The notes under the pieces are model-generated. The model made no database searches, was not told the DNA's origin, and saw only the letters and a list, made by a program, of their open reading frames with translations. A DNA stretch of 56,576 nt, filler included, from Trichosphaerium sp. ATCC 40318 (taxonomy: Eukaryota; Protista; Tubulinea), in NCBI GenBank assembly GCA_038496445.1. It is 3 parts of 3 records of this genome, joined end to end, with 100 filler letters (N's around TTAATTAATTAA, not from the genome) between each part and the next. Parts side by side here need not be neighbours in the genome. Positions count along the whole stretch, not along the records: positions 24,189 to 39,502 come from JALMLS010000266.1; 2 more parts are not named here. One strand, given 5' to 3'. This document shows positions 27,580 to 39,602 of the stretch, piece by piece. Made by a program: the position numbers and the translations under genes. Position 1 is the stretch's first letter. Each line of letters begins with the position of its first letter.

Positions 27580-28792
27580 TATGAAGGCAGGTTTGGTTTG
27601 TGAAACCATTATTGTACCCTCAAACATACAGCCACAACCAACAATGCAACGAAACGTAGAAAAACTGAGGCCGAGACTCATGATTTCGTCGCAAATTACG
27701 CACCAGACGAAATAGTTCTACATACAAAGTTTAATAACCGGTTTAAAACTCGAAAAACTCAAAGCAGCTTCGTATTGTGTAAATTCTGACAAGTATCTAC
27801 TTCAGACAATGGTACAGAGTATCTCGGACGTCTTTGAGATGGATTGCAATATTCTCTTTGCAAGACCTTGGTGAAGTGAGTCCACCAACAAACTTTCATC
27901 AGACAGGTTGAAAAACTATGGAATGGAAAAGGAATGACACAGCATTTGGAGGTAGAACCAGCGTACTTTGAAGTCAATATCAGCATACTTCAGGTACTGT
28001 TTTATACATAACAACTACAACTCTTGGAACGATGCTTGCCTCCTCAAGTAATGTCATGGTCTTCACATGAAGTACCTACATTGGAACGCTCCTTCAATAC
28101 TTAAGTAACATATAGCCTAGTTCTATGACAAGAGTTGAGTTTCTGCGAATGTCACGTGGAGTATTGACTGGAAAAGGTTGCAACAGACGAATATCAACTT
28201 ATGACGGTTTGATTATGGATCTAAAGGTAAAGACAAATTGGCAGTATATCTAAACTGGACCATGTACTTTACTATTTGTTCATAGCAACAAAGATCAAGA
28301 AATATGTTGCAGTTTCAATGATTGAAACCTTTTAGTTTAGAAGATCAAAGCCGGCTTGCAGCCTCCTTATGTATGTACAGGGTTTACTACGCTTAGTTAA
28401 AGCTCAGCATCTACAAAATAAAACCTGGATGGAAAAGGTATAGAGATGATCTAAAACAGTATCTGCCAAGCTAAATACGATCAACGTATAGCCAACTGGG
28501 ACTCAGATTACTTTACCTAAACCTGATAAAGATGGTATTTTCAGGCATCTTATTGTTTGCCTTCCAGTTTCGTTCTCAGGAGGTGCGCTTCACATCAAAA
28601 AAGAAAAAACTGAGAATTTCGAATGGAAAAATAAAAACTCAAAGTGAATACATAATAGGCTGCTTTCCGCCGTCTGATTTTTTTTTGTCTGTGTTTGAAG
28701 CGAGAGGGGCAAAAAACGCCAAAGTAAACGAATTGAAATGGTGGGTTGAATCTAACTTGATTAAACCAAAAAAGCATACCTTATGGAGTTGA
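27580..28792 (+). pseudogene. Degraded coding-like sequence of unknown family
   Basis: Protein-like stretches (FVANYAPDEIVLHTKF; IKTQSEYIIGCFPPSDFF) are broken by stops and frameshifts. Confidence 0.25.
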
Positions 28793-31089
28793 GGTAAAAG
28801 CTCGCTTGATCAGTTGCGGTATGATCAGTCTGTGCCCCCATAGCGTCTAGTACGGTACCTGTTGTGTGTCAGTTAAAACAATTAACACTAAAATAAAATT
28901 TCCCGTCAATGCGCGTAGTTTCGCGTGAGAGCGTCATAAGGCATAAAAACAAACATGCAGGTCGATCTGAGCGTGATAGTTTAAAAGCACCTTCTCAACT
29001 AACGTATTGCCGTGTTTGTTTACGAATTAACATAGTATTTATGGTTGCAATAACGCTCAATACAACCTCAGCACTGTGTATACGTGCACCTTGAGTGTTG
29101 CAGCCTCAAAACAAAATAACTCACAAAAACAGTTTGAGCTAAAGCCTTTTTGAAGGACTCTGGGTGCTTTGTCTAGATAAGCACGATGCTACCGAAAAAA
29201 CATCAGAGATGAGAAGTTGCACAAGAAATTAAACTAAGGGTACCTTATGTTGTACAGATGCCACGTAAGAGTATTGAGAGAGTACGAGAGATGGAGAAAA
29301 GACTAAAAAACCACAACGGAGCTGCACGAGGTAACAGTAAACCCTTATCACCTACGAATGGGATACCTCTACAATAAAAGCCAAACAGAGTTCAAGCTAA
29401 TACTCCTATGTTGTTGCAGCTTTAGGTCTTCCTCCACAAGCAAAGTCATGACTTTTCGTTAACGGTAGTTTTTTGCAAGTTTTCATTTTGTGAGTTTGAC
29501 TTGAAATACCGCTAGTTTTCTAGATGGTCTGTGCATACAGGAACCCACTAGCGCACACAAACTAGCGGATTGATGTACCCTTTATGGAGTGCTACTTTAT
29601 GTGAGGGTAGGGCCAGATTCACGTGCTTGCTACTGATCAGGAGATACTTTTTTAAGTGTTAAATTGAAAAAGCGCAATTTAAAGTCAACTCCTGCTTCCG
29701 TCCAAGGTTTGTTTCTGTACTTTTTGATGCCCACTCCTAGACCAAAGTGTATGCTAGCAACATGGACATAACGTGTTCACTTTCACCTGTAGTAGTTGCA
29801 AACATGTCGGTTTAATGAGAATGATGGTCAGTAATATGTTGACATCTCAAGAGCTGCCACAAGATACTCTCCGACAAAAATTATTCACGAATATGGCAAC
29901 GTCTAATACTACATTGGGTTATGGTTAACCTTGTGGTACTCTTGGAGCTGGCGCAAGGAAGAGCTACGTGTACAGCCAAGTAAATTAACACCATCTACGT
30001 CAATAATTCAATCTCGCACGGTAATTATGGTATTACACTCTATTGTGACCGGCAATAATCAGTCAAGATATCGGATAGAATAGTTTCGTTGTTCAGTAAC
30101 AAACCACAACAACGTCAGGCTTGATGGGCAAATGCGATTGGATACCCAACACAAACCAATCAGAATTAGTAGTTCAATGTCAATATTAATGGTGTATCTA
30201 ATGACAAACTGCACTTAACTATAAACCCCAAACTAAATGAGAAGGCACCAACCAAGACAAAGCCTTCAAATTGTTTGATGAGGTTAACAAACGTAAATGC
30301 TTAAAACGATATCAAAGTTCTTCTTACACCACTATCTTTGCGATAGAAACTGGATTATGTGAACAAACGAGAAAGACCATTGTCAAACATTATAATAGAA
30401 TGATACCAGACAATGAATTCATTTATTCTGCTATTCAGATGCTGAACTAACAAGCACATACAAACGTTACATAACATTTAATTGCTTGGTTTCATAGTTC
30501 TGAAATAGGGCACACTGTAACGTTTGCAGTATCATCGAGAGGTTGTTGAACATGAGATGTATGTGCTGGCCACACCATGTTCATCACATTCTTATCCGTA
30601 CATTATAAAAGGTATTCTTTTCTAATGTGAGGTAACAAGCGATCAAAAGTTCATTAAGGAACACTGTCAAAATCTTTGGCTCATTTTCATTTGTTACTTA
30701 GCCATTACAGCGATAGCAGTAGTAACGTGTCCATGATGAACAAGTGTAACGTTCTTTGTGGACCATGAAATTTGCCTTTTGAGTTGGCTTTCCCGTTTTT
30801 TCTGGCTACCGTATTGTACATTGTGAGGACCTTCCCAGTATACAAACGGGACCAGTATCACATATAAACCCAACCTCTTTTCTATCATAATGGGTTCGTT
30901 TACCGTTCTCCCATCACGTGGTGAGTAAATTTTTATTTTTGAAAACAAAAGTTTTTTGTCACCGTTGATAATAATTTTAGGAATGGTTGGGATACTCTTG
31001 AATTTCTTCATAGGCGTCACAGAACTTCCCAGTGAAGACTAAAGTATTTGGTGAAAAATGCTGGTAGCTTATTGGTTTGGAATCAATCT

Positions 31090-31369
31090 CAAACTAGAAT
31101 TACAAGAATCAACAGCGAGGTAGAGAAATTAAAGAAGAGCCTGGCTGAACTTCATCGGAATTTACAGACAACCAATTACTGAATTGACCGAAAACATCAA
31201 CTTAGCACAAAGTGTCAAAGACCTCACAAGAAGTAATAACACCCTGAAGCTATACAATATCAACCTCACGGAGAGTGTCCAAGATATAAAGCAAGACAAC
31301 ACTAGCCTAAAGGAGAGGAATGCCATTCTACTGGTAAAAATAGCGCTCCTTGAAAGTATGACAAAGTAA
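31090..31369 (+). pseudogene. Coiled-coil 3' end of a decayed gene
   Basis: Heptad repeats ...LKERNAILLVKIALLES*, loosely resembling the ANK-PARP tail. The upstream frame is broken. Confidence 0.3.
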
Positions 31370-32069
31370 TTGTATGCACCTGTGCTGCCATACCCACCAA
31401 TGGATGAAATTTTGTGAGCGAAGGTCGGGTTCTTGTCCCATACTCGAATAGTGTTAAACCAAACTGGGAACACAAATAATCCACGTGAGTGGATTTGGTC
31501 CATATTTTGTGGAAACTTTCTATTGGTGGACATAGCCCAATATGAAAAAATAAGTTTTAGATATTGAAAATACCCTAATTAGTTTTTGGTTTAGGGAAAA
31601 GTCTATGATATTCGTAGTTACTTATCACTCAAGGAGTTCAAGAGAGGTTAAGTAGTAACAGCAATTACACCAATATCACGTGTTCTATAAACAGCAACAT
31701 GTCGGCATTAGCTTAATATCGTGTTGGTATTGTTGGAAGCGATGAGAAGGTCAAGTGGATGGTAGAAGAGGCTGGATTTGATGCAGGTAATGTTTTTTTT
31801 GCTATTGGCAAAGTTAACTCGTTTGTTCTATGACATTAAGGTATCAATTACAAGAATAGAAAGTGCTCCAAAAGCTTTGAAAAGTATTTTCGCTGGTTCT
31901 GAGATTGATAATTCGTGTTGGAGACAAAGAATAGTATAACCATTGAACTAACATGTTTGCGCTTTGTATATTTCATTAAATCCAATCACTATCAACATAG
32001 GCAGTTGTGGTATGCCATGTTTAATGTACAAACTCACTAGCAAAATATGAATTTATTTGAACCAAACAA

Positions 32070-35000
32070 TTATTTCTCATGTTGCTCTTGAGAGTTACAT
32101 TCAGCAAGTAGTTTGGCAATTCTTTCCTTTAGAGCCAAATTTGCTTGTTTAAGCTCTTCTATTTTAGAATTATTTTCTTGCAGTTTAGCGTTTTCTTTTT
32201 CAAGTTTTTTGATTCTCTCAAGTTGCTTGGTGTTGGCTTCCTCATATTTGGCATTATTTTTTCTGAGCATTGTGTTTAGCTCTTGCAATTTATTGTTTGA
32301 CTCCTCAAGGTCTTGTTTTAGCTTTTTGAACTCTTTGTTTTCAGACGTTACAAACTCGTTGTGCATGCTTGGTTGTTCAGGTTGATTTGGATCGGCAGTT
32401 CCCCATAATTTTCTGTAAGTAAAATATTAGTATGTTACATGTTGTCTCTTGTACCGTTCAGTTATGAACAAATCATCAATCAAGTCATCTAACTCACTGA
32501 CATCTTCTGATTTTGAAATCTGTTTTTTGTCTCCTATATGTTTGTTGATACTTGCGTTGGAAGTATTGGTATTTTTGGTTAGTTTCTTCTTGGTTTTCTT
32601 GTTTGATTTCTTTTTTAAGGGTTTTTTCTGAACCCGTTTCTTTGGTTTCTTTACAACCTTAATGACATAACGTGCAACAGCTTGAACATCTAAACAAACA
32701 ATAAATACAATGTGTTATCATAGCAGATATTACCTTGAGCCACAACCAACTCATCACACGGATACTTATCAACATCGTTTTTTAGTGCCTGTCCCTTGCT
32801 GTCTACCACTGCATAATGACTTTGATATCCTGGTTTAATAGGTTTTCCTTTAAAGTTGATACTCTCTCCAGGGCGTTCTATCACCTAGTATTGCTGAAAA
32901 TACAACGTATGCAACCAAGTATCTGCGTACTGGATATATGTTGCCAGGTGTGACTAGACTCAAAATCAGTGTTTTTTCAGTTGAATCACGGTCATAAGAA
33001 CAAGCATATGTGATACTACTCTATTGTAAAATATTAGAAACAGAATCAGTTTTTGTGTACTTGTACGGTAAAGTAGATTCCTTGTCCATAATATCCAGCA
33101 TCCAATGCACATACAGTTCCAAACCCAGCTTTTACAATACTCTCAGCAGCCTCAGCACTTGTTCCATGAACGATTAACATAACAGGTAACTGCTGATTGA
33201 TTTATTTAAGCATTGTTATTGGAACATGTACCTCTTTATTAGTTGAGCTTTCATCAACAGTCAAAGATGAGAATTTCTTGGCAACACTTGTGCGAGCATC
33301 ACCTTGCCAATCTTTCTTACAAAATAGTTTGGGTACTTCTCTAGAAACAAAGAGTCAATACTTTCTAAAACATTATGGACATACTGGTGCCTATGTTTAA
33401 GTATTGTGTTGTACATGCCAAAGTTTCTAAGTAGTACATCATTGCAAACAAGATGTGCTGATACAACAGTGACTTGATCATATCCATGCATTTTTGACAG
33501 TTGGTCATGAAGAAACGCCAACTCTCTTTTGGCTACAGTGTCAGTCTTGTTGAAAAGATCCAATGTTCTATAGTGTGTTGCCTTTTCAACAAATCCCCTT
33601 TATTATTGTTAAACACAATAGAAACGTGAACAACTCAACTTGTTGTTAGATCGATCCCAGCCATGTGCATAATCCAATCGTGGGTTCAACCTCCAAACTG
33701 TTGTACTTTTTAATCCTTGATAACAAGTCAAATGATTAAAACAACAGTGATGTTTGTACCCACTGCAGTGTCTTTTAGTGCCGTATTTGGTATTATAGGT
33801 TGAATAGTGTAAAGGTTACTCTTACATTTGAGAGCATTAATCTCAATTAATCTCTATCCACAAGTTAAAAAAATGTATCATGTTGTAATGCAATTACTGT
33901 GCTTTGTTTGTGCTTGTGACAATAGCTGCATATAAAATACTTCACAAATACTGTACAAAAGTAAACAAGTGCTGTAAACTAATAGACGTACCTTTATTTT
34001 GTGTATCAGGTTGAATGGAGTTTATACACCACCCTTCATCCGCACACATTTCAGCAACAGCACCGGGTTTTTTTTTACTCCATATTAGCTCTGGTAAATC
34101 AAATAAAATACCTTCCATCAGGTCTCCGTGTTTAACCCAAAAGCTCTATCAATAAAACAATCAACAGTTTGTACTTAGCAAGGTGATGTGTTGTACCGGA
34201 GATTGTACAAATATGCGATTGTAAGTACAAATCAATGCACAAATACCTTTTTGAATTGCAAGTTTGAAGTAAGAACGTGTAGGCTTGAGGTATGATTAGT
34301 CAAGGTTTTTATATACTTAAAAATGTGTACCAAGTACTGTAACCATTTTGCAAGATTGCACCTCCAGTTGGAACTATCTGTATATGCAGAGGATCGCCAA
34401 AGTTCATGGCATTGTTGTTGATCATTTGGAAAGTGTGTCAAGACACGTTCAAACACATTAGTGTAAGCAGGATCATTGTCAATCAGCTTTCTCAATACAG
34501 ATTGAAGCTGTTGTTTGTTCACAGCATATGCATCATTTGTAGCATTGATATTTGCATTGGTCAACAATCTACCTGTATATATATGTCCATCCTGTGCTGA
34601 GAAGTGTGAGTAACATGTATATTTACAACTTTTTACCTGCATGATCTGAAGCTGTCCAGCCATCATTATCTACAACATTGATATTTGCATTAGCATCCAA
34701 CAACAATTGTACAATATCTGTGTCTCCCTCCTGTGCTGAGAAGTGTGAGTACATTGTATGTTTACAACACTGTACCTGCATGATGTAAAGCTGTCCAGCC
34801 ATAATTATCTACAGCATTGATGTTTGCATCAGCATCCAACAACAATTGTACAATATCTGTCTCTCCCTCCCGTGCTGAGAAGTGTGAGTACATTGTATAT
34901 TTACAGCACTGTACCTGCATAATGTAAAGCTGTTCGGGCATCATTATCTGTAGCTTTAATATTTGCATCAGCATCCAACAACAATTGTACAATATCTGTG

Positions 35001-35588
35001 TGGCCACCCTGCGCTGAGAAGTGTGAGTACATTGTATGTTTACAACAATGTACCTGCATCATGTAAAGCTGTCCAACCATAATTATCTACAGCATTGATA
35101 TTTGCATCAGCATCCAACAACAATTGAACAATATCTTTGTGTCCCTCCTGTGCTGAGAAGTGTGAGTACATTGTATATTTACAGCACTGTACCTGCATAA
35201 TGTAAAGCTGTCCGGCCATCAGTGGTATTTATAGCGTTGATATTTGCTTTTGCATGTAAACACAAGGACGAAATATTGTGTAAACCATTTTGAGCTAATT
35301 TGGGTTGATATCTGTACTACCATTTATACACGAACCCGAAAACAATAGAATTTTATTGGCTGTCTCTTCTTTATGTAGCTTTTTCTTTAGTTTATTTACT
35401 GCAAAATAAATTGTCAATGAACAATACTGCATATGATTTAAAACACTACCTGTTGTAATATTCTTGTACTCTTTAGCTTTCCATTGAAGCCATTTCAATT
35501 CTTCTATGGTAGTATTATACAACAATGTATTAACACATGTTTCATACCGTTTAATTCTTGTTTTTTTTTTCTTTGTCCAGTTTGACAT
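32070..35588 (-). CDS. Ankyrin-repeat + PARP-type ADP-ribosyltransferase + basic linker + coiled-coil protein, intron-rich
   Basis: Spliced catalytic domain: LPVMLIVHGTSAEAAESIVKAGFGTVCALDAGYYGQGIYFT|SSITYACSY..LILSLVTPGNIYP|VIERPG..GKPIKPGYQSHY..CDELVVAQ|DVQAVARYVI (H-Y-E type). ANK exons lie at 34637-35294 and a coiled-coil last exon ends at 32070. The start and the exons at 33560-34300 are less certain. Confidence 0.87.
34597..35230 (-). repeat. Tandem 139-bp unit = 40-nt intron + 99-nt exon (one ankyrin repeat)
   Basis: The acceptor ctgagaagtgtgagta occurs at 34597, 34736, 34875, 35014 and 35153. Exons 35054-35152, 34915-35013, 34776-34874 and 34637-34735 are all phase 1-1. Confidence 0.96.
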
Positions 35589-36743
35589 GAAATGTCTGTC
35601 AACATCGATACTTGTCGCGTACTAACCACTACGCTATACAAAACGTATTAACACACTCACTCTGGAGTATGGTGGAACCTTATACGACATACTTGAAGTA
35701 TTTAAGTTACTACACTTCTTGTGAAACACATTATAAGCGGTTCGTAAAACAAAAAAAAGTGAATCAAAAAAGCCGTTTATTTACTTGCGCAAGTAAACAG
35801 TCGTAAGTATTTTTTGTATTGCTATGTTTGCTGTTTGTTGTAATGCCGCTGGTGTTAAACAACGAATTGAAGCTCAAAAATTTACCCAAACGCTAACGCT
35901 CCACTAGCGAACTAAAATAAAAACAGCTTTTTACTTACCTGCCTTTTGACTCGTTTTAATCACGTGGTATCTCAACAACCTTATACGAAGCGGCGCTTAC
36001 TTCATTTGAGTTGGTACGCTGTGGCTGTGGTGTGAAATGTGTCACTTTTTTTTCGGGGAAATTTGGCCATAATTTTCAGCTACGATGAACGTTCTATGGT
36101 CAAAAAGAATTTTGCGGTTGTTTTTTTTTTTCGAACAACTTTGTAAACTTTTCAAACGTTAAGGAGATATTCGCTTTGGATCAAATAAAAAATAAAGATG
36201 TGACAACTTGGGTAGTGATGTTGACGTGAGTCAAGAGGTCGAAAGTCGACTATTTATTGTCTGTTTCAAGTGTTGAGACAGACTTGTAGCAAAAAAATCC
36301 TGGTTTCTGCCCTATCTGTACCTTTTTAATTGCTATTAGCTCATTGAACATTCCTGTGGTGTGATTTTACTGTGTAGTTTGCGTAGTAAAACACTGCGAT
36401 ATCGTCCAGCTCTAAACTGACATTAAAAATTTTGTTATGAAATGAAAGCATCAAATCTAAAACTTCTGACATTTTAGACCTTCATAGACTATTTGAGTTA
36501 AACAAAATAAACATCCTACAGATTTGACACTTTTGACAGGACTCGCAACCAACCTTAAACAATTGAACCATAACAATACACGGTTTTTTGTTGGAGAAAT
36601 TGTATGAAGCGTTTTATTGCACTTGATTTATTATTCCCTTTAGGTCACGCGCTATAGTGTCCTGTTTGGCAGTGGCGTGTACATGCGCACCAAAGGTAAA
36701 TACTAGACATCTTGCGCAGTTGTTTCGATAGAAAATTGTGCAA

Positions 36744-37293
36744 GGAGATGCTTAGTTTCTGGAAGGCTCCGAAAATTCCCGTATTTCTGGAAATTCTGCT
36801 AGTTCTGCAAATTCTACGATAATATTTCCATTCGTGGGTTTATTTACATGTATTTTTAGAGAATTCACATAATGATGGAAGTGGTTATTACACGCAACCA
36901 AAAATAAATAATTTATTACTGTACATGGATTTATTTGCTTTCCTTGATTTATAGCAAACTAATACCTTGAGTCTAGGCAGGTAGATGATTTCTTTCTTAC
37001 CCTAGGTACTTTCAGCAGTGAATATGGCGTGTATGGAGCGGCTTTTACTTTATTGTAGTTAGACCTGTACGGTCAATATTGTTGGTCCTGTGTTGGTGTG
37101 CTAGCGAATGAGCCACAATGTAGGTGTATACATGCTGTCGTGCGAACAGCACAATGTCACGCGACTGAAAAACTTAAGTGCACATGATTGTTTACTAGTC
37201 CACTCTACAAACATTTTCTTAAAATATTGTGGAACGACCGTTCTACCAGAATTTCTACGTCTTCCAGAACTTCCCGGAAACCTATGCATCTCC
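36744..37293. mobile_element. Putative MITE / non-autonomous TIR element (~550 bp)
   Basis: The left end GGAGATGCTTAGTTTCTGGAAG and right end ...CCGGAAACCTATGCATCTCC are imperfect inverted repeats with internal GAAATTCTG subrepeats. No clean TSD (CAA/TAA). Confidence 0.55.
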
Positions 37294-37304
37294 TAAATGG
37301 AAAC

Positions 37305-37822
37305 TGATCTACCCCCTATCTGAGATTGATGACTGTGGTGAAGTAATTAAACGCCAAACCTTGCTACCAGAGCAAGGTTGTATATAACAGCAACTACTGT
37401 GTAATCACAGGGACGCACATGAGGGATATTAATCATCAATCAATGTACTACGGCACCTTGAGTGCCAAGTGATTGACTATTGCCATAAAACGGAATCCAA
37501 TACAACCCCTACCTGAGATTGATGACATTAATAAAAGTAATTTCCAGTATCTGGTAGTAACTAATGTGTAATCACAGGGACGCATTCAAAGGGATATTGG
37601 TCATAAATCAGTGTATTACGGCACCTCGAGTGCCAAGTGATTGAATATATGGATAAAACGAAATCCAATACAACCCCTACCTGAGATTGATAATAAAAGT
37701 AATTAACAGTGTCTAGTAGTAACTAGTGTGTAATCACAGGGACACACATGAGGGATATTAGTCATCAATCAATGTATTACGGCACCTCGAGTGCCAAGTG
37801 ATTGAATATATTGCCATAAAAA
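37305..37822 (+). repeat. Three tandem ~160-190-bp noncoding repeats with a conserved GGCAC-N5-GTGCC hairpin
   Basis: cggcacctYgagtgccaagtgattga occurs at 37451, 37619 and 37780. The blocks ccctaYctgagattgat and tgtgtaatcacagggac are also shared. Confidence 0.92.
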
Positions 37823-38000
37823 ATAGAAACTCTTAACTAATGTTTCCATGACTAACATCTACCTAAATGGTAAAAGTGATTAAACTCAATCAATCTAAGA
37901 ACAACAATAAAAATGAAAACCAATCAGACCCCAACCATTTTCATTTCAATCATTACATTCATTAATTTTAAATACCCAACACAATACACAACAGCTCCTC

Positions 38001-38777
38001 ATGGCTAAAGTAAACCCAACAAAGAAGTACTATACAAGGCCAGCATACCAAGGACACCTGTTTAAGCACAAAGGCGAATTTAAGAAGTTGGCAACAATAT
38101 TCCACAAATGTTTGAAAGGAGATTATCCAGGGAAAAAGGACTACGAAAATGAAATAGCACTATTTAAAACCAGATGTGCAGCTGCAAAAGTGGATCCAGA
38201 TGATCCAAAGGTTGTAGAGAAGGTGGGAGGACATACACCCGCTCGCAATATGATGGTATTTCCATGGGCAATTGCTAATGCAGTGTGGAAGATGATGGAA
38301 AAGAGACTATAAAACTGGTACAGTAAAAATAGAAACCAATACGCCCTCTATCAAAATCACTCACTTTCTATCTAGTTAAACGCAAAGGCAATCTTGAATG
38401 TGTTGAATCAGCTTATGCGCCAGCCTATAATCACCACACTAATAGAGCATACATGTTATTGGGACAGAAAAGAATAAATTTGGTGCACTTTGGGCTGTGG
38501 GCAAAGTACAAGATATCAATCTACCAAAGAAATGAGATTACTGGCGCTTATTTAAAATTACCTGGTGTACCTCGAATGTCAGTAGATTTATCTCATTTAT
38601 GCCACAACGCTCGCTGTATTGAATTAGGTGGCCACCTAACAATAGAAACACACAAAACCAACCTCACAAGAAATCAGTATGTACAAATTATTATTGTGTT
38701 GTATTTGAAAACCAATAACCCCCCTACCTCCTAAGTGCCACTTAACCATAAGTACCAGAGGTTATTGCCTATTATGA
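38001..38777 (+). pseudogene. His-Cys box (I-PpoI-like, His-Me finger) endonuclease gene with spliceosomal introns, apparently inactivated
   Basis: DLSHLCHNARCIELGGHLTIETHKTNLTRNQ. Joining exon 1 to exon 2 (intron ~38318-38375) needs a 1-nt shift near 38304. The last exon (CHLTISTRGYCLL) needs an acceptor that reads AA instead of AG at ~38733. Confidence 0.75.
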
Positions 38778-39122
38778 TTTAGGATAGGTACTGCTTAGTA
38801 AATTATTTTTGCACCAGTTGGTTTTCTTCCAGCTAAAAAATACTCTCTTATACACTCTGTAGTGTTATGAAGTTTCCATGACAATGTACGGTTTTCAGCT
38901 CTTAGTCCTCTTGGTTTAAGTATACACTTTACGTGTGTACATAGACAAAATATTGATAATCCTGAATGAATGGTTACGATTACGTGTTTAGTTAGATCGT
39001 GTAGGTCCTTAAGCAAGAAAACATCAATAAGTTTTTGGTATGCTATAACTTTACAAGGATTCACTAACAACAATACGATTTGATTTATTTGAATACACAA
39101 TTATTTGAGCTCATGTTGCTCT

Positions 39123-39470
39123 TTAGAGTTGCAATTCAGCAAGTAGTTTGGCAATTCTCTCCTCAAAAGCTGTATTTGCTTGCTTGAGCTCTTCCAGTTT
39201 AGCAGTTTTTTCTTCTAGAGCCAAATTCGCTTGTTTCAGTTTAGGGTTTTCTTCCTCTAGTTTAGCAGTTCTCTTGAGTTGCTTGGTGCTGTTTTTTCCA
39301 TGGTTGGCATTGGTTTTTTGTAGCATCGTGTTCACCTCTTGCAATTTGGTGTGTGATTCCTCAAGGTCTTGTTTTAGCTTTTCAACTTGTTCTATTAAGG
39401 ATGGAACAATCTGATCTTGCACGGTTAGTTGTTCAGGTTGATTTGGCTTTGCAGCTGCCCATAATTTTCT
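39123..39470 (-). CDS. Last coiled-coil exon of another, diverged ANK-PARP-family paralogue (remainder beyond the contig end)
   Basis: KLWAAAKPNQPEQ...LKQDLEESHTKLQEVNTML...ERIAKLLAE versus KLWGTADPNQPEQ...LKQDLEESNNKLQELNTML...ERIAKLLAE in the full copy. Confidence 0.8.
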   Translation of the reverse strand, partial: RKLWAAAKPNQPEQLTVQDQIVPSLIEQVEKLKQDLEESHTKLQEVNTMLQKTNANHGKNSTKQLKRTAKLEEENPKLKQANLALEEKTAKLEELKQANTAFEERIAKLLAELQL

Positions 39471-39502
39471 TAAAGAGTATAAGTTTAAGTTACTTTTGTT
39501 TA

Positions 39503-39602
39503 NNNNNNNNNNNNNNNNNNNNNNNNNNNNNNNNNNNNNNNNNNNNTTAATTAATTAANNNNNNNNNNNNNNNNNNNNNNNNNNNNNNNNNNNNNNNNNN
39601 NN
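39503..39602. other. Artificial contig linker N44-TTAATTAATTAA-N44
   Basis: Same structure as 24089-24188. Confidence 0.98.

Noticed and set aside
24202-32730. Long inverted repeats as TIRs of a Polinton/virophage-like element
   Set aside because: The repeat is the 3' end of a host-type intron-containing gene. No polB, integrase, capsid or packaging ATPase is recognisable inside, and there is no TSD.
37305-37822. CRISPR array or hammerhead ribozyme array
   Set aside because: The units are similar over their whole length with no unique spacers, and no CUGAUGA/GAAA core was found.
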